64,000 nucleotides of DNA, taken from Phoronis australis (taxonomy: Eukaryota; Animalia; Phoronida). The notes under the pieces were generated by a model. It was not told the DNA's origin. It saw nothing but the letters and a program-made list of their open reading frames with translations, and did no database searches. Of the stretch, positions 54,001-64,000 are shown piece after piece. The stretch is taken from positions 372,706 through 436,705 of the forward strand of contig NMRA01000303.1 in assembly GCA_002633005.1 (NCBI GenBank). Reading direction: 5' to 3'. A program made the position numbers and the translations under genes. Each line of letters starts with the position of its first letter. Position 1 is the first letter of the stretch.

Positions 54001-54796
54001 TGCCTTGAGTGTGAGCGGTTTTGAACGGAATTGTAATTTAAGAGGATTTTAAATTTCAAGTCAATTTGGAGTGATTACTTAAGATGACACACAGAATTGG
54101 GTTAATAATCTTGGTACAGTAGTTTATGTACTGTATGGATTGGTCCACACCATTTCAGATGGGATTTTCCAATCGCTACTCTAGTTACCAATGGTACCAA
54201 GTTCCTGGCTTTTCTTTTACTTCTAATGCATTGATGATGACGAAGGTCACCAACATACAAGGGCCTTACGTGCCCGGATGGACAGGATGTTGGCTGGACC
54301 AGTACAACTTGATTGGCAAATTAGGTAATAATGTCACTTTGCTCTAATACCAGTTGTGAGAACGGCGGGAACGTTTGAGTAATGAACTGAAAATGATGAA
54401 CTTTGCAGCTTCACTGGTCATTCACTTCAGCAGCAAAATCAAACGATCCTATTGCTATTTCCGATATGCACGATTTTCGTCTGCTTCGAGAAATAAATAT
54501 CTTGCAAGAGCTTTGTACTCAATGGAAGTTATATACAAAATGTTTCACTTCTCTTTGCAGCGCCAATCATGAGGTGCCTGCGTAGACAGAGATGTTGTGT
54601 TATGCAGGGAAACCGGTATCAGCCAGCACCGATCCCCGGATGTACAAAGTTCTACCAATGGGATTACTTGAACTCCATTCCGTGGCCAACCCCGCAGTCC
54701 TGTCCGGCAGGCACACGTTTTGACGTGTTCCCGACAATTTGCACTTGTAATTGGAAGGCAAACGTCAACAAGAGAACGTGCATGTCAAAATTGTAG
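42043..54796 (+). CDS. Secreted NIDO-domain + CBM14-like protein, paralog 3 (374 aa, 6 coding exons, 9.4-kb TE-filled intron 2)
   Basis: join(42043..42118,42867..43075,52467..52766,53525..53662,54159..54324,54561..54796). Same phases, 1125 nt open frame. Signal peptide MFELRRSVLSLIALAVIGSSAA. Exons 2-6 are the same length as in paralog 2. AATAAA at 54940-54945. Confidence 0.88.
44044..44169. repeat. Perfect inverted repeat, 55-bp arms, 16-nt spacer (intron 2 of paralog 3)
   Basis: 44044-44098 is the exact reverse complement of 44115-44169; it is preceded by a (CA)n/(CG)n tract. Confidence 0.95.
44855..44935. repeat. (TACA)n microsatellite
   Basis: Seen directly; further tracts at ~45470-45535 and 48890-49022. 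Confidence 0.9.
45689..48891 (+). mobile_element. Ty3/gypsy LTR retrotransposon remnant, Gmr1-like (gag-PR-IN-RT), truncated in RT
   Basis: gag LPRFDERVDDMDAFLARFE..LSPLLTGKG..YDQLKVALL..IREQFL and Zn knuckle CFNCHRKGYLTRDC; protease VRDTG; integrase GRHLGVKKT..FYWPG..CRSCDLCQ, PFQRIAVDLIGP, LFAYREVPQ.STGFSPF, WRGPY; then RT N-terminus [30 protein letters not shown] ending at ~48795. 48796-48891 (AATAAA..TAACA) may be an LTR 3' end. Confidence 0.9.
49437..52406 (-). mobile_element. pogo/Tigger-like DNA transposon, deleted, carrying a nested element
   Basis: 25-bp TIRs TA|CAGTAAACCTCGGTTAAGTCGGATC and GATCTGACTTAACCGAGGTTTACTG (1 mismatch). Minus-strand frameshifted CENP-B-type HTH remnant at ~50027-49690 (KKKDIAIRFKIAPQTLSDIL..RKR..VELFLWFRTM..GTILVEQANVF). 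Confidence 0.85.
50616..52298 (+). mobile_element. Kolobok-like non-autonomous DNA transposon with THAP-domain remnant (copy A, complete termini)
   Basis: TTAA|AGGAGAATGACACCC ... GGGTGGCATTCTCCT|TTAA. 50794-51040 reads RCIVPACTN..SFFRLPREPEMLRK*L..HLRVCGRHFVDSDF (C2CH THAP with the conserved W mutated to TAA at 50890). Confidence 0.85.
53013..53169. mobile_element. MITE family 2, copy 3 (intron 3 of paralog 3)
   Basis: Aligns with 20461-20617. Confidence 0.8.
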
Positions 54797-55311
54797 TTGT
54801 TGGCTTGTCTTGTAACTTCAGAATGGGCATGAGCTGTCTTACAAAATCTCTTGTGGCGCTTTTTATTGACCATCTTACCAGAGATTACCTATTATACGTT
54901 ATTTACCTGTATTCATGTTATTGTAATTGTACTAGTAATAATAAATGACCTTATATCGCCTTTCTCGGTCTCCTTTTCATCTCTGGTAACGAGCTTGCGA
55001 CGCACGTATCATTTATCTATTATTCGGGACATATGTCGATCATAAATACGCTCTTTGTTAAAACCCAGTTAAGAAAAACGTACTCCTAAACAATTTAGAT
55101 TATACGTCAACTGTAAGGATTAATAGCCTCCGCTCACTTGGGGATTAGTTGTAATGCAAGAAATAATGAGTTCCTCTAGTGCTATGTTCAGGTATTTCAC
55201 TTATTTTGGAGCCTGGAAGATAATCAAATCAACCTTCCTTAATACTTTTTACGGATAGCAAGAGACGTCATGTGCAAGTGGTTTGTGCCGGATAGCAATC
55301 ACCGAGCAGAG

Positions 55312-55548
55312 CAGTGGCAGATCTACGATTTCAGTAAGGGGGGGTTTAGGATTCGAGAGAATCCGTAGCGCGTAGCGCCAAGGAGAAGGCAGGTCGTGAG
55401 AGGGTTTCCCTCCTCCCATGTAAGATTTTTTGGGATTTTTAGTAGCTAATTTCGTTTTTCTGGCGATTTCTTTCCAGTTTTTATTTATGGTCCTGTCCCG
55501 AGGGGGGGGGGTTAAACCCCCTGAACCCCCCCTGTAGATCCGCCTCTG
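55312..55548. mobile_element. MITE with family-1 termini, different interior, 5-bp TSD cagag
   Basis: cagag|cagtggcagatctac...gtagatccgcctctg|cagag. Confidence 0.75.
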
Positions 55549-55614
55549 CAGAGCCTCCAGCAGACATCAATATGCGATCAATTCACAAGTATCGTTCAAG
55601 CAGCCAATAAGTCA

Positions 55615-56135
55615 GTTTATCTTCATTATGTGGGCACATTATGCCGTCATCCTCGTCCATCTGTTCGTCCGTCTGACGTCCGCTGCTGTATCTCCAAAAC
55701 CCCCTTATATACATGTATGTTCATGAAAGTTTGCACACATTGTCCTTTCATGAGTGGACAGCATGAGCTAATTCTTAGACGGATCCGATTACCAATGTGT
55801 GCCCCTAGTGGCAATCTAAATGTTTTACGTTTACTTCTGTATCTTTAATGATCTCAAAGGATTTTCATGAAATTTGGTAAATAGATCTTTCTTAGTGAGA
55901 TGACGCCACCTTCCCGTTTTCTGTATCGAGGTATTTTGCGGCTACTAGTGGACAGTTCTGCTGTATTCGATTATGATTTTTGGCGTCCGCCCCTCCTTCA
56001 ACCAAACCACTCTAAGGGATTATTGTAAAGTTTGGCATAATTACATGGTCCTACATGTACTTTGATGAAAACAGTTGACGATGATTTCCGACGACTACTG
56101 CGCTGCAATGTACAAAGGCCTCGCCATGCCGTTTC
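55615..56135 (+). mobile_element. Possible Helentron-associated (HINE/DINE-like) non-autonomous element
   Basis: Degenerate (CGTC/TGTC)n tract near the 5' end followed by internal sub-repeats (ttcatgaaa.tt.g, gcccctagtgg). Classification is by resemblance only. Confidence 0.4.
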
Positions 56136-56296
56136 GTAAAAAGGTCATAGGTATAACCTTTCCGTGTACTTTCGATTCTGCGTTTGAAAATGTTTTTTTT
56201 CGGTCTTGGCTTTTTAGTTGATTATTTTGCGGAAACAGCCTAGAGCTGATTCATTGTAAGTTTTTAAATATCATTTTAGCATATATGTTATGGCAA

Positions 56297-56356
56297 TTTT
56301 CACATATTTGTTCATATTTTCACATATTTGTTCATATTTTCATATATTTGTTCATA
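56297..56356. repeat. 20-bp tandem repeat x3
   Basis: ttttcacatatttgttcata. Confidence 0.85.
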
Positions 56357-57394
56357 CAAATTGTGTCCTATGCCATAAATGCTTTATTTTCAGTGCAGTC
56401 AATAATCAACATCACCAAAAAGTCTTATTATTCATCGCTGAAGACTCACTACAATCCTCTAAATATGTATCGATGCTGATGGAGAAATGTCACATGGACT
56501 GAGTGAGTGAATGTTGTCTGTAGTCAATGGCCGAGCCATGTTTCCCGAGGTCGCAGGACCACGTAACCTTATGTGACCACTGATTCTGCTTCACTTTGAT
56601 ATCTTGTCTGGCATGTTTTTATCTGAAATGGTGTACTGCCTCAACGAATAGAGAACATTTGACGTCTGATCGCCTGGCTAGTCAAAATCACCCTACAACG
56701 GACGTTATCGTACTGTGTTTTGTTCATTCAGAGGGGACAGAAATATCAGTAGTGGGTGTAATGACAGGTCACCTGGGAAGAAACATTGCCACTGGCCTCG
56801 GTCAACATTTCTCCCTCTGTTCATATGACATCACTATGAGCCTATATTTGTATATTGTCTTACACCTTTAAAGTGGCAAAATTGTTAGTAATCATGGACT
56901 AACACAACAAAAGATCATGAAGTAATACAACTGACAAACCATGATCGCATAAACTGTACAAACTCAAATGAGCAATTCTTACTGGCTCTTAGCTAGAATA
57001 CTACAGAGGCTGGAAGTTTCCCAAAATTGTTCTATTAAGTGGCGTATAGTATGTACCTAGATTATCCAAGTCTCCTCTCTTTCGACAACGACATAACACT
57101 TCCCAAAATAGCACCCACTGATATCCAAAAGGATAATCTAATCACGTCCAAATTGGCTACCTGACGTATAGGACATACCTGTAACAGCCGTGTCGTGAGT
57201 TCAGTTGAACGTCTTCTTCATATAGACCCTTTTTCGTGATAAGGCATCAACTGCACACTTAACCTTTGACTTAGTGTTGTGCGGCAAAAAGGTCCTACTC
57301 TGGATATCACCAATAGCGTTATACTGCTCAAAAGCACTTAGACCACTGCGGCCCATTTTAATGAAAGGTCGTAAGTGTGGTCGTATCGCCAATT

Positions 57395-57437
57395 ACCACC
57401 ACCGCCGCCGCCGCCGCCGCCACCACCACCACCACCA
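57395..57437. repeat. (CCA/CCG)n microsatellite
   Basis: Seen directly; it explains the poly-Pro/Gly/His ORFs. Confidence 0.9.
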
Positions 57438-57561
57438 ACACAAAAAGAACATCCGGTCTTCCTACATTTACAACTGCCAAATTTGAGGACCAATTGTGAC
57501 GCAGCATCCAGGGTCACCCATAAAGCAATTTCCACGTTGCAGACATCCATATCCATCTGGA

Positions 57562-57657
57562 TACGGGGCATTGGGTCTACGGGGCATTGGGTCTACGGGG
57601 CATTGGGTCTACGGGGCATTGGGTCTACGGGGCATTGGGTCTACGGGGCATTGGGTC
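57562..57657. repeat. 16-bp G-rich tandem repeat x6
   Basis: tacggggcattgggtc at 57562, 57578, 57594, 57610, 57626 and 57642. Confidence 0.95.
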
Positions 57658-58329
57658 TCTGCTCAAGAGCTTTCTGAAAATTTCACACTAGTTATCGTAA
57701 GGTGTATTCTAAAGTAGGCTGTATCAGATGGCAATGATATTTCAGATAAAAGATTTAGCTTGAAAATGCTGTTTCGCCTGTCACTGAAAAAGGTGGTGGA
57801 CTCGCCATGCAGTGAAAAGACAAAGGGTTCCACTTCAAACACTGACTCCTGGTCAATTTCATGTCTTCCCCAAATCGCTGAAAGCACTACGCAAAAACGT
57901 TATTTTTAAATGCTAAGCTAAGTTCAATGGACTGAGCTTTCCTAACGGAATCAATAATCACGTTAAATGTCATATACGCATGTGTAAATGTAGTGATTGT
58001 GTTTTAAAAACAAGAATTAATTGTTTTTTAAGCTATCGAAACTGATAATAGCCTGCTACGGAAGATGTACATTTGCTAAGTTTTAATTTCAGGCTCATGA
58101 GCCTCAGCTGTTAACGGTTGTGACTTGCTCAGATTTTTCCTGTATCTGCTCAAGACGTATCTTCAATGTCACGAATGTCGACACCGTGATGCCTTTTCAA
58201 GTGCTAGATGACGTTGGCTGTCTATCCGAAACTGTGGCATACAACGTTTTTATCACAAAGTTTGCTCGTCTGAAATTCAAAACAGACACTTTTACGCAAC
58301 GAGGCTGAACATTGAACAGAGTTAGAATA

Positions 58330-60720
58330 TTTTTGCTAATGAAAGCAATGATCATTTCATATGTCTGATTAGTAGAGAATTAGTATTTTGTGTCGAGAAA
58401 TAGGACATTTTTTCCAGACTACAGAGCAGATCATTCTAGTATTTTAGACTTGCCTTTCTCTAACTTTTGGCGCTTCAATAATACACTTTTAAAAGATGAC
58501 GAATATAAAAAAGTGAATGGAATTACATGTACATGTATTCGTAACATCAGGAAGAGATCTCTTCCAGATAACACATGAGATATGCCTGGGCACGCTCTTT
58601 TCCTTAATATAGGGACGACGTATCAAATATTTCCCCAGATATGTTGCAATTTACTATAAATTATCAATTATTTTTTGAAATATTATTGCATAATATCAGA
58701 AGCAAGACAATTCCGTATAGTGTCTACAAAAAGCAAGGTAGAAATATCGGCATAGTTAGAAAATAAAATGAAAATTCTACACGAGAGTCTATCAGCTGAT
58801 TTTGATGCAAAATTGCAATAGCGTTCAAATGACTGCCAATAAGAGCAGGAGAATTTTCGAAAAGAATACATGGAGGGAGTTATATTAAGATCCAACATGA
58901 GGTGCATAAAAGTTGGTGAAAAAACCTACAAAACATTTCTGTGTCTTGGAAAAGAAAACTACATGTATACACAAGTGACCATTGATAAACTAATTCATAA
59001 TAAAAATGAAAATATTTCTTCTAAAGTCATTCTGAATGAAATTCATGAATTTTATAGCTCTTTGAACATACGGTAGCTTACAGAGTTCGGTCAAGGAGTG
59101 TAGACTCCTACAGCGGTAGGCCAATTTATCATGGTCGATCGCGGGAGTTTGGGTCTGTTTGGAGATAAATTTAAACCATTCTTCTGTGAAATACAAACAT
59201 GAAAGATAGCTGGGCCTGGACATCGCGAACATTAACCAGCTTAAGCTGGAAACTAAACCTCCAGTCACGAAAAGATTATACTAGTGAGCCAAAGACATAA
59301 TGTGGACGTAATTATTTTGGTGAATTAGCCACGGAACTGCAAATCTACTTGTCGGGGGCCGCGAAGTCAATTTGACCCTCTTAAGAACCGTCTGGGCAAA
59401 AGTTGTACAGTACTGTATTTGTATATATAGGTAAAGGTTTCCCTAACATGTGACCATAGTATATAAAATCGAGTTATTGTTTCACAACAGCCTTCTGTCA
59501 ACAAACACACGGCCTCGGTGCCCGGTCAATTACCTTTATTGCATCTGAAGCCGGAAACGAAGTGGTTTATTCCATTGCTCGCTTCTCAAAACATTTGCAC
59601 TCATGAACACTCCAAAGGCATTATAAGTTGCATCTAATGAGACAGGCTTTGTTTCAGATTTATATAAGCATTGGTTAGGGTGAGAATAATTCATTTTGAA
59701 GCAGAATACAGAATAATAAACGTCAACATGGCAACTCGCAATCCCGACTTAGACGAGAGATCAACAGACGAAGACTTCGCAGGTGGATCGTTAAACGTCA
59801 CAGGCAATCAGTTTGAACAGGAATACAGGGATTAAGAAATACTGAAGAGGCGCCGTGAACATGCACCGGCAACGGAACGTATGGATAGTTCTTTGGTAAG
59901 CCCCATATTTGCTATGAACAGCGTACCTTTCATTCTTCACTACCGCGAGCCACTTCCTAAGCAGTTCGGACTCTCGAGGAAGTAAAAAAAACGATATACC
60001 CGCTTTACTCGCAGCTGCCTAGTTCGGCCAAGCGGGAGCGATGCGCGCTCACTCTGCAAATGAACAACTGACGTCGCTGCTTCGTTTCTCACCTTCATCA
60101 CAGATTAACGCGACACCTCTTGGCAAGGCAAGGTCGACCGTATACAAGGTGATGTGGTCATAGACCAATTAAAACGGTAAAAAATGGTTCTAGTATCGAC
60201 TAGCTCATAGAATATTATACACAAATTCATATCGTTATAAAGTAGGCTTCTCGAATTCTACTGGTTGGAATGTACATCTTGTAATAAAGACCCAGAAACT
60301 TTGATGTACTTATTTGTATATTGTAAGTACACCAGGACCTTCTGTGAAGATATTTTTGAATTTTACTTCAGTGACAGCAATGAAACAGTAATAACAATAA
60401 TGAACGCGAACTTCTTTTTGGACTCATCTAAAAACTTAATTTTGGTTCTAGCGAAATATCACATACACTGTCAAAGATTTGGTTGGGGGGCCGGGGGGGG
60501 NCCATCTATTAATGCTTTTGTTAATATTTTAAAACAGTATTATCTCTCAGAGGAATATATTTTTTGAAAAAATAGACAGTTTGATAGATTTAGAAATAAA
60601 TGGTTAAAATTTGCTCACATTATTGAAAATTAAGCGACCGTTGAATAGGTGTGCACGTGTATGTGTTCATTGTTATTTACACTGTAATGTTACTCATTGG
60701 TAATACATGTATAACAAAAC
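58330..60720 (+). mobile_element. L1/Tx1-like LINE remnant, with the RT region missing and replaced by a Kolobok-like fragment
   Basis: Endonuclease end ADHS..WRFNNTLLKD; linker EGVILRS..GEKTYKTFL..ILNEIHEFYSSL; C-terminal CTSCNKDPETLMYLFVYC..NLILVLAKYHIH..FRNKW. Confidence 0.8.
59100..60185 (-). mobile_element. Kolobok-like THAP element, copy B (inverted, termini lost)
   Basis: Reverse complement aligns with ~50655-51972 with internal deletions. The THAP Trp codon is intact here (cttaggaagtggctc on the minus strand). Confidence 0.85.
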
Positions 60721-62502
60721 AAATGCGCAGTAACAACAACGCTGTTGAGGATTAACGGAATCCAGTGACGCGATTTCAGTGAAAAAAGATCACAAAAATT
60801 GTTTATAGAGAACGTTTTTCGAATCGTTGTCCAAAATCGAAATTAAATTATCGATTCTAAACTTGCAACCCAAAACAGAATTTCGGATCAAAATTTGCTG
60901 CTGCGAAGCTGTCATCATTTCCCGAGAGATATACAGAAATTTAGGAAATGGCGCGTGCACGTTTCACTACCGAACTGTTTTCTTTGTTACAAAAGACGGA
61001 GAACTATGCAAGAAAAGGATGTTTGTTGGATTGTTTTTCACTTAAACGGCTTCAAAAGGCAAGGCGGTAGTGTCAGGAGGTATAACCAAGCCTCAAATGG
61101 CTAAACCGATCAGCGCCATCTTGAGTCCCGGGGAAGAGGTTGACCCGAGTGTTTTCCTGAACATAAGGGTTTGATGATACCTACCTCGTTTAGTGTAAAT
61201 GTTTATGGCATGAAATGGGTTTTTCAACTGAAAGTCACTTTGTCAGCTACAGGCTAAAAAATGTGTTTGATTTTTGAGTGTGATTTCCGACATGTTATAT
61301 TTTAGCTCATGCTCAGGGATATGAATTATTTGACAAGTCCAATATCTACATGTGCTATGAAACTGAAGTGTACAAAAACGTCCTTCTGAAAAATAATTAT
61401 CGGATCATGCATACTAAGATGCAAATATACAATTGAATGATAGATACGTAATATATTTGTCAATTGATCCCTATATCTCAATAAAAATGAGTAGAGAAAA
61501 TAACAAATGTTGCAATAGCTAACATGTCTCTAAAGGTCCACTGTCAAACAAGACTAAGACTACTGATATGGTTGCTCTAATACTGGGTGTCAATAAATTG
61601 AGAAAACCTGCACAAGTAAGGATAACTACAAAATGTGGAATCACAGTCTTACATGGGAAGTGACCTGCTGTAATGAGTAGCCTGGATGCTTAGATAAGGA
61701 CGTAGTGACGTAAAAGGCTTCTTTGATCTTGAGCTCCAGACAGGTTGTTGCTGAATGCAGAAGTGTGAATATTACACGAGTTACATCCTGCCCACTTAAA
61801 TTTGTACAGGGCCAATTGGACTTCAAAGAATCTTGAATTCTGTCCAACATTTCTGGTTTAAACGATAAAAATGCTAATTTAACCATAGTGATTCAAGATA
61901 TTGTTGCAGAAATATGTGTATATGCATGCATGCTAACTTGTCAGATTTGTTCGTTTCCAAACGACACAGACTGAAATCATGGAGATGATACTGACTTTTT
62001 ATGATATTACGAGAACAAGTTGTACGATTGTGAAGTATTGCAGTCGAGTCACGTTTTAAATGAAAATAATGTTGTAATGTCTCATATTCTCTCTTCCCTT
62101 GCTATATATAATTTTCACAATTAATTCCCTGACACAACTTAATATTGAAACCCCGGTTGTCTCATATCCTTGTCTAACCCAATCACGTTGCTTAAAACTC
62201 CATTATGTTTCTGAAAACTCGATTTACGGCACACGGCATCTGATACCGCAAAGCGGAAAAATTGTCATCTAATGCTTCCAATACTTACTGAAGTAATATT
62301 AAGCTATATACACTTTTTAATAATGTGGTAACTTCTCACCGTTTATTTATTCCCCTGTACTTCAATACACAGCCCTAGAACATGACATTGGAAAAACAAA
62401 CTCAATCAAATTTGTTCCATAGCAAAGTTAGCAAATGTCAAAGATCATGATCAAATGGCTACACTTGATTGACTTCACTGGCTCTGGTAGGTCTAGCGGC
62501 AC

Positions 62503-62663
62503 CAGTGGCGTATTTAAGGGGGGGGGGGGCCCAAGAGGCCATAGCCTATCTAAAAAATTTTCAGATTCCATTTGGCAGTTAGGGGATGCGAATGTCTGAC
62601 GGCAAAATCCTGGCTAATACTTTGCTCTGCCCCCCATAACTAAAAATACTTGATCTGCCCCTG
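62503..62663. mobile_element. MITE family 1, near-TSD ggcac/agcac
   Basis: cagtggcgtattt...gatctgcccctg; the core matches the copies at 20251 and 31874. Confidence 0.75.
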
Positions 62664-62934
62664 AGCACAGTCATCTTTCTAATATGTATGTCGGGAGTCG
62701 TCATCGGTAACAATAAGAAGTCTTAGGCGGAACCGGAGAAGTCAATAAAGTGTACAATTGCTTTTGTCTTCAAATCCTGGCTTGAGAGGGCATGATTTTG
62801 CTACGAAATTGGAATTTGACGACATCTAACGTTCAAAATAACCCGGATTGGTTTCGTAGGATGCTACGTAGAATTAGGTTAGTAATTATGGTACAATAGT
62901 ATTTGTACTGTAAAAATTATCCACTCCATTTCAG

Positions 62935-63437
62935 ATGGGATTTTCCAATCGCTACTGCAGTTACCAATAGTTCCAGGTTTCTGGCTTTTCTTTTACTCCT
63001 AATTCACTGATGATGACAAAGGTCACCAACATACAAGGACCCTTCGTGCCCGGATGGACAAGATGTTGTCTGGATCAGTACAACTTGATCGGCAAATTAA
63101 AATAATAATGTCACTTTACTCTAGTACCAGGGTCTAGACACTTACGGCGGAAACTTTTGGGTTATCAGTGCAAACGGTCAATCACTTCAGCATCGAAATC
63201 GGGCAATCCTACTGCTATTTCCGTTATCCACTGCTTTCTCCAGTTGCAAAAAATACATATCTTGCAAGAAATTTTAAACAAAACTTTTCACTTCTCTTAC
63301 AGAGCTATTCATCAGGTGCCTGCAAAGACAGAGATGTTGTCTTATGCGTGGAAACCGGTACTAGGCAGTACCGATCCCCGGATGTACCACGTTCTACCAG
63401 TGGGATTACTTGAACTCCATTCCGTGGCCATCCCCAG
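62935..63437 (+). pseudogene. Partial pseudogene (paralog 4): exon 5, intron 5 and truncated exon 6 of the NIDO-CBM14 family
   Basis: Exon 5 copy 62935..63100 has TGG>TAG at 62968 and a lost donor (ggtaat>aataat). Intron resembles paralog 3 intron 5. Exon 6 copy from 63303 has CAG>TAG at 63362 and similarity ends after NSIPWPSP (~63437). Exons 1-4 were not found upstream. Confidence 0.9.
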
Positions 63438-64000
63438 AATTTTATCCTGCCAAAATATTAAAAATGCGTGCATAACATCACAATTAGCATTTGTTTAATC
63501 AACTTTCTAAACACAAATCATCTTTTGGCTTCTAAAAATGACTGTCGATCAAATCTGTGTCGGGATCAAGGGGAAGTTACTTTGATGCTTTCATTACTCG
63601 GATTTTCGCCAAAAAGTTAATCAACGCTTGTTGAATAACTAAATGTGTGTGTTGGTGGTTTCGACCACAGGTTGTGGTGCTTAGCGTCTAGTGTGGTAGT
63701 GTAGTTAGTAGTAGTATCTAGCTCTGCTTAGTGCTCTGCTTTCAGCTTCCGCCGCTGTTCAGTTCCGACTGACAGTACATAGCTTCTCCCACAACAAGAC
63801 TCGTGCAGTGCCTCCACGCGGCAACACATGGACTGGGTTTACTCAGGCTAAACTGTGCGGGATCGGGTTGGGGAAGGGGTTTTTCTGTCTTTAGCAGCCG
63901 CTGTTGTTTCGAACGATATGAGATGCCGAAAACCTTGTTGGAAGCATTCTCTGTTCTCGGGTGATTGATCAGTGGCTCTAGAGTGGGAGGCCTCTCTAAC

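Noticed and set aside
9049-54796. Naming the genes nidogen, TECTA, SNED1, MUC4 or SUSD2, or joining them into one long multi-NIDO gene
   Set aside because: No EGF, G2F, AMOP, vWD, sushi or TM exons were seen. Each unit has its own signal peptide, stop codon and polyA signal.
63660-64000. GC-richer stretch at the window end, possibly the 5' end of another element or gene
   Set aside because: Cut by the window edge, with no ORF or motif to support a call.

Overview
AT-rich, intron-containing animal genomic DNA, probably a marine invertebrate (inferred from the repeat content; the species cannot be determined). The core of the window is a head-to-tail + strand tandem array of three apparently intact 6-coding-exon paralogs (about 9.0-17.6 kb, 25.4-33.0 kb and 42.0-54.8 kb) plus a fourth, pseudogenised copy retaining only exons 5-6 (62.9-63.4 kb). 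I assembled them by hand from splice signals. Each encodes a small (371-379 aa) secreted protein: signal peptide, short variable linker, a NIDO (nidogen-like) domain, and a C-terminal cysteine-rich module resembling a peritrophin-A/CBM14 chitin-binding domain with an altered Cys pattern. The rest is transposon debris: a LINE inserted in a LINE with a ~195-bp target-site duplication, a Gmr1-type Ty3/gypsy remnant (PR-IN-RT order), a mariner, a pogo/Tigger element containing a nested THAP-bearing TTAA (Kolobok-like) element, L1/Tx1 fragments, several MITE families, tandem repeats, two perfect palindromes and one N gap. No rRNA, tRNA or CRISPR was seen. All domain calls are by motif recognition, not database search.
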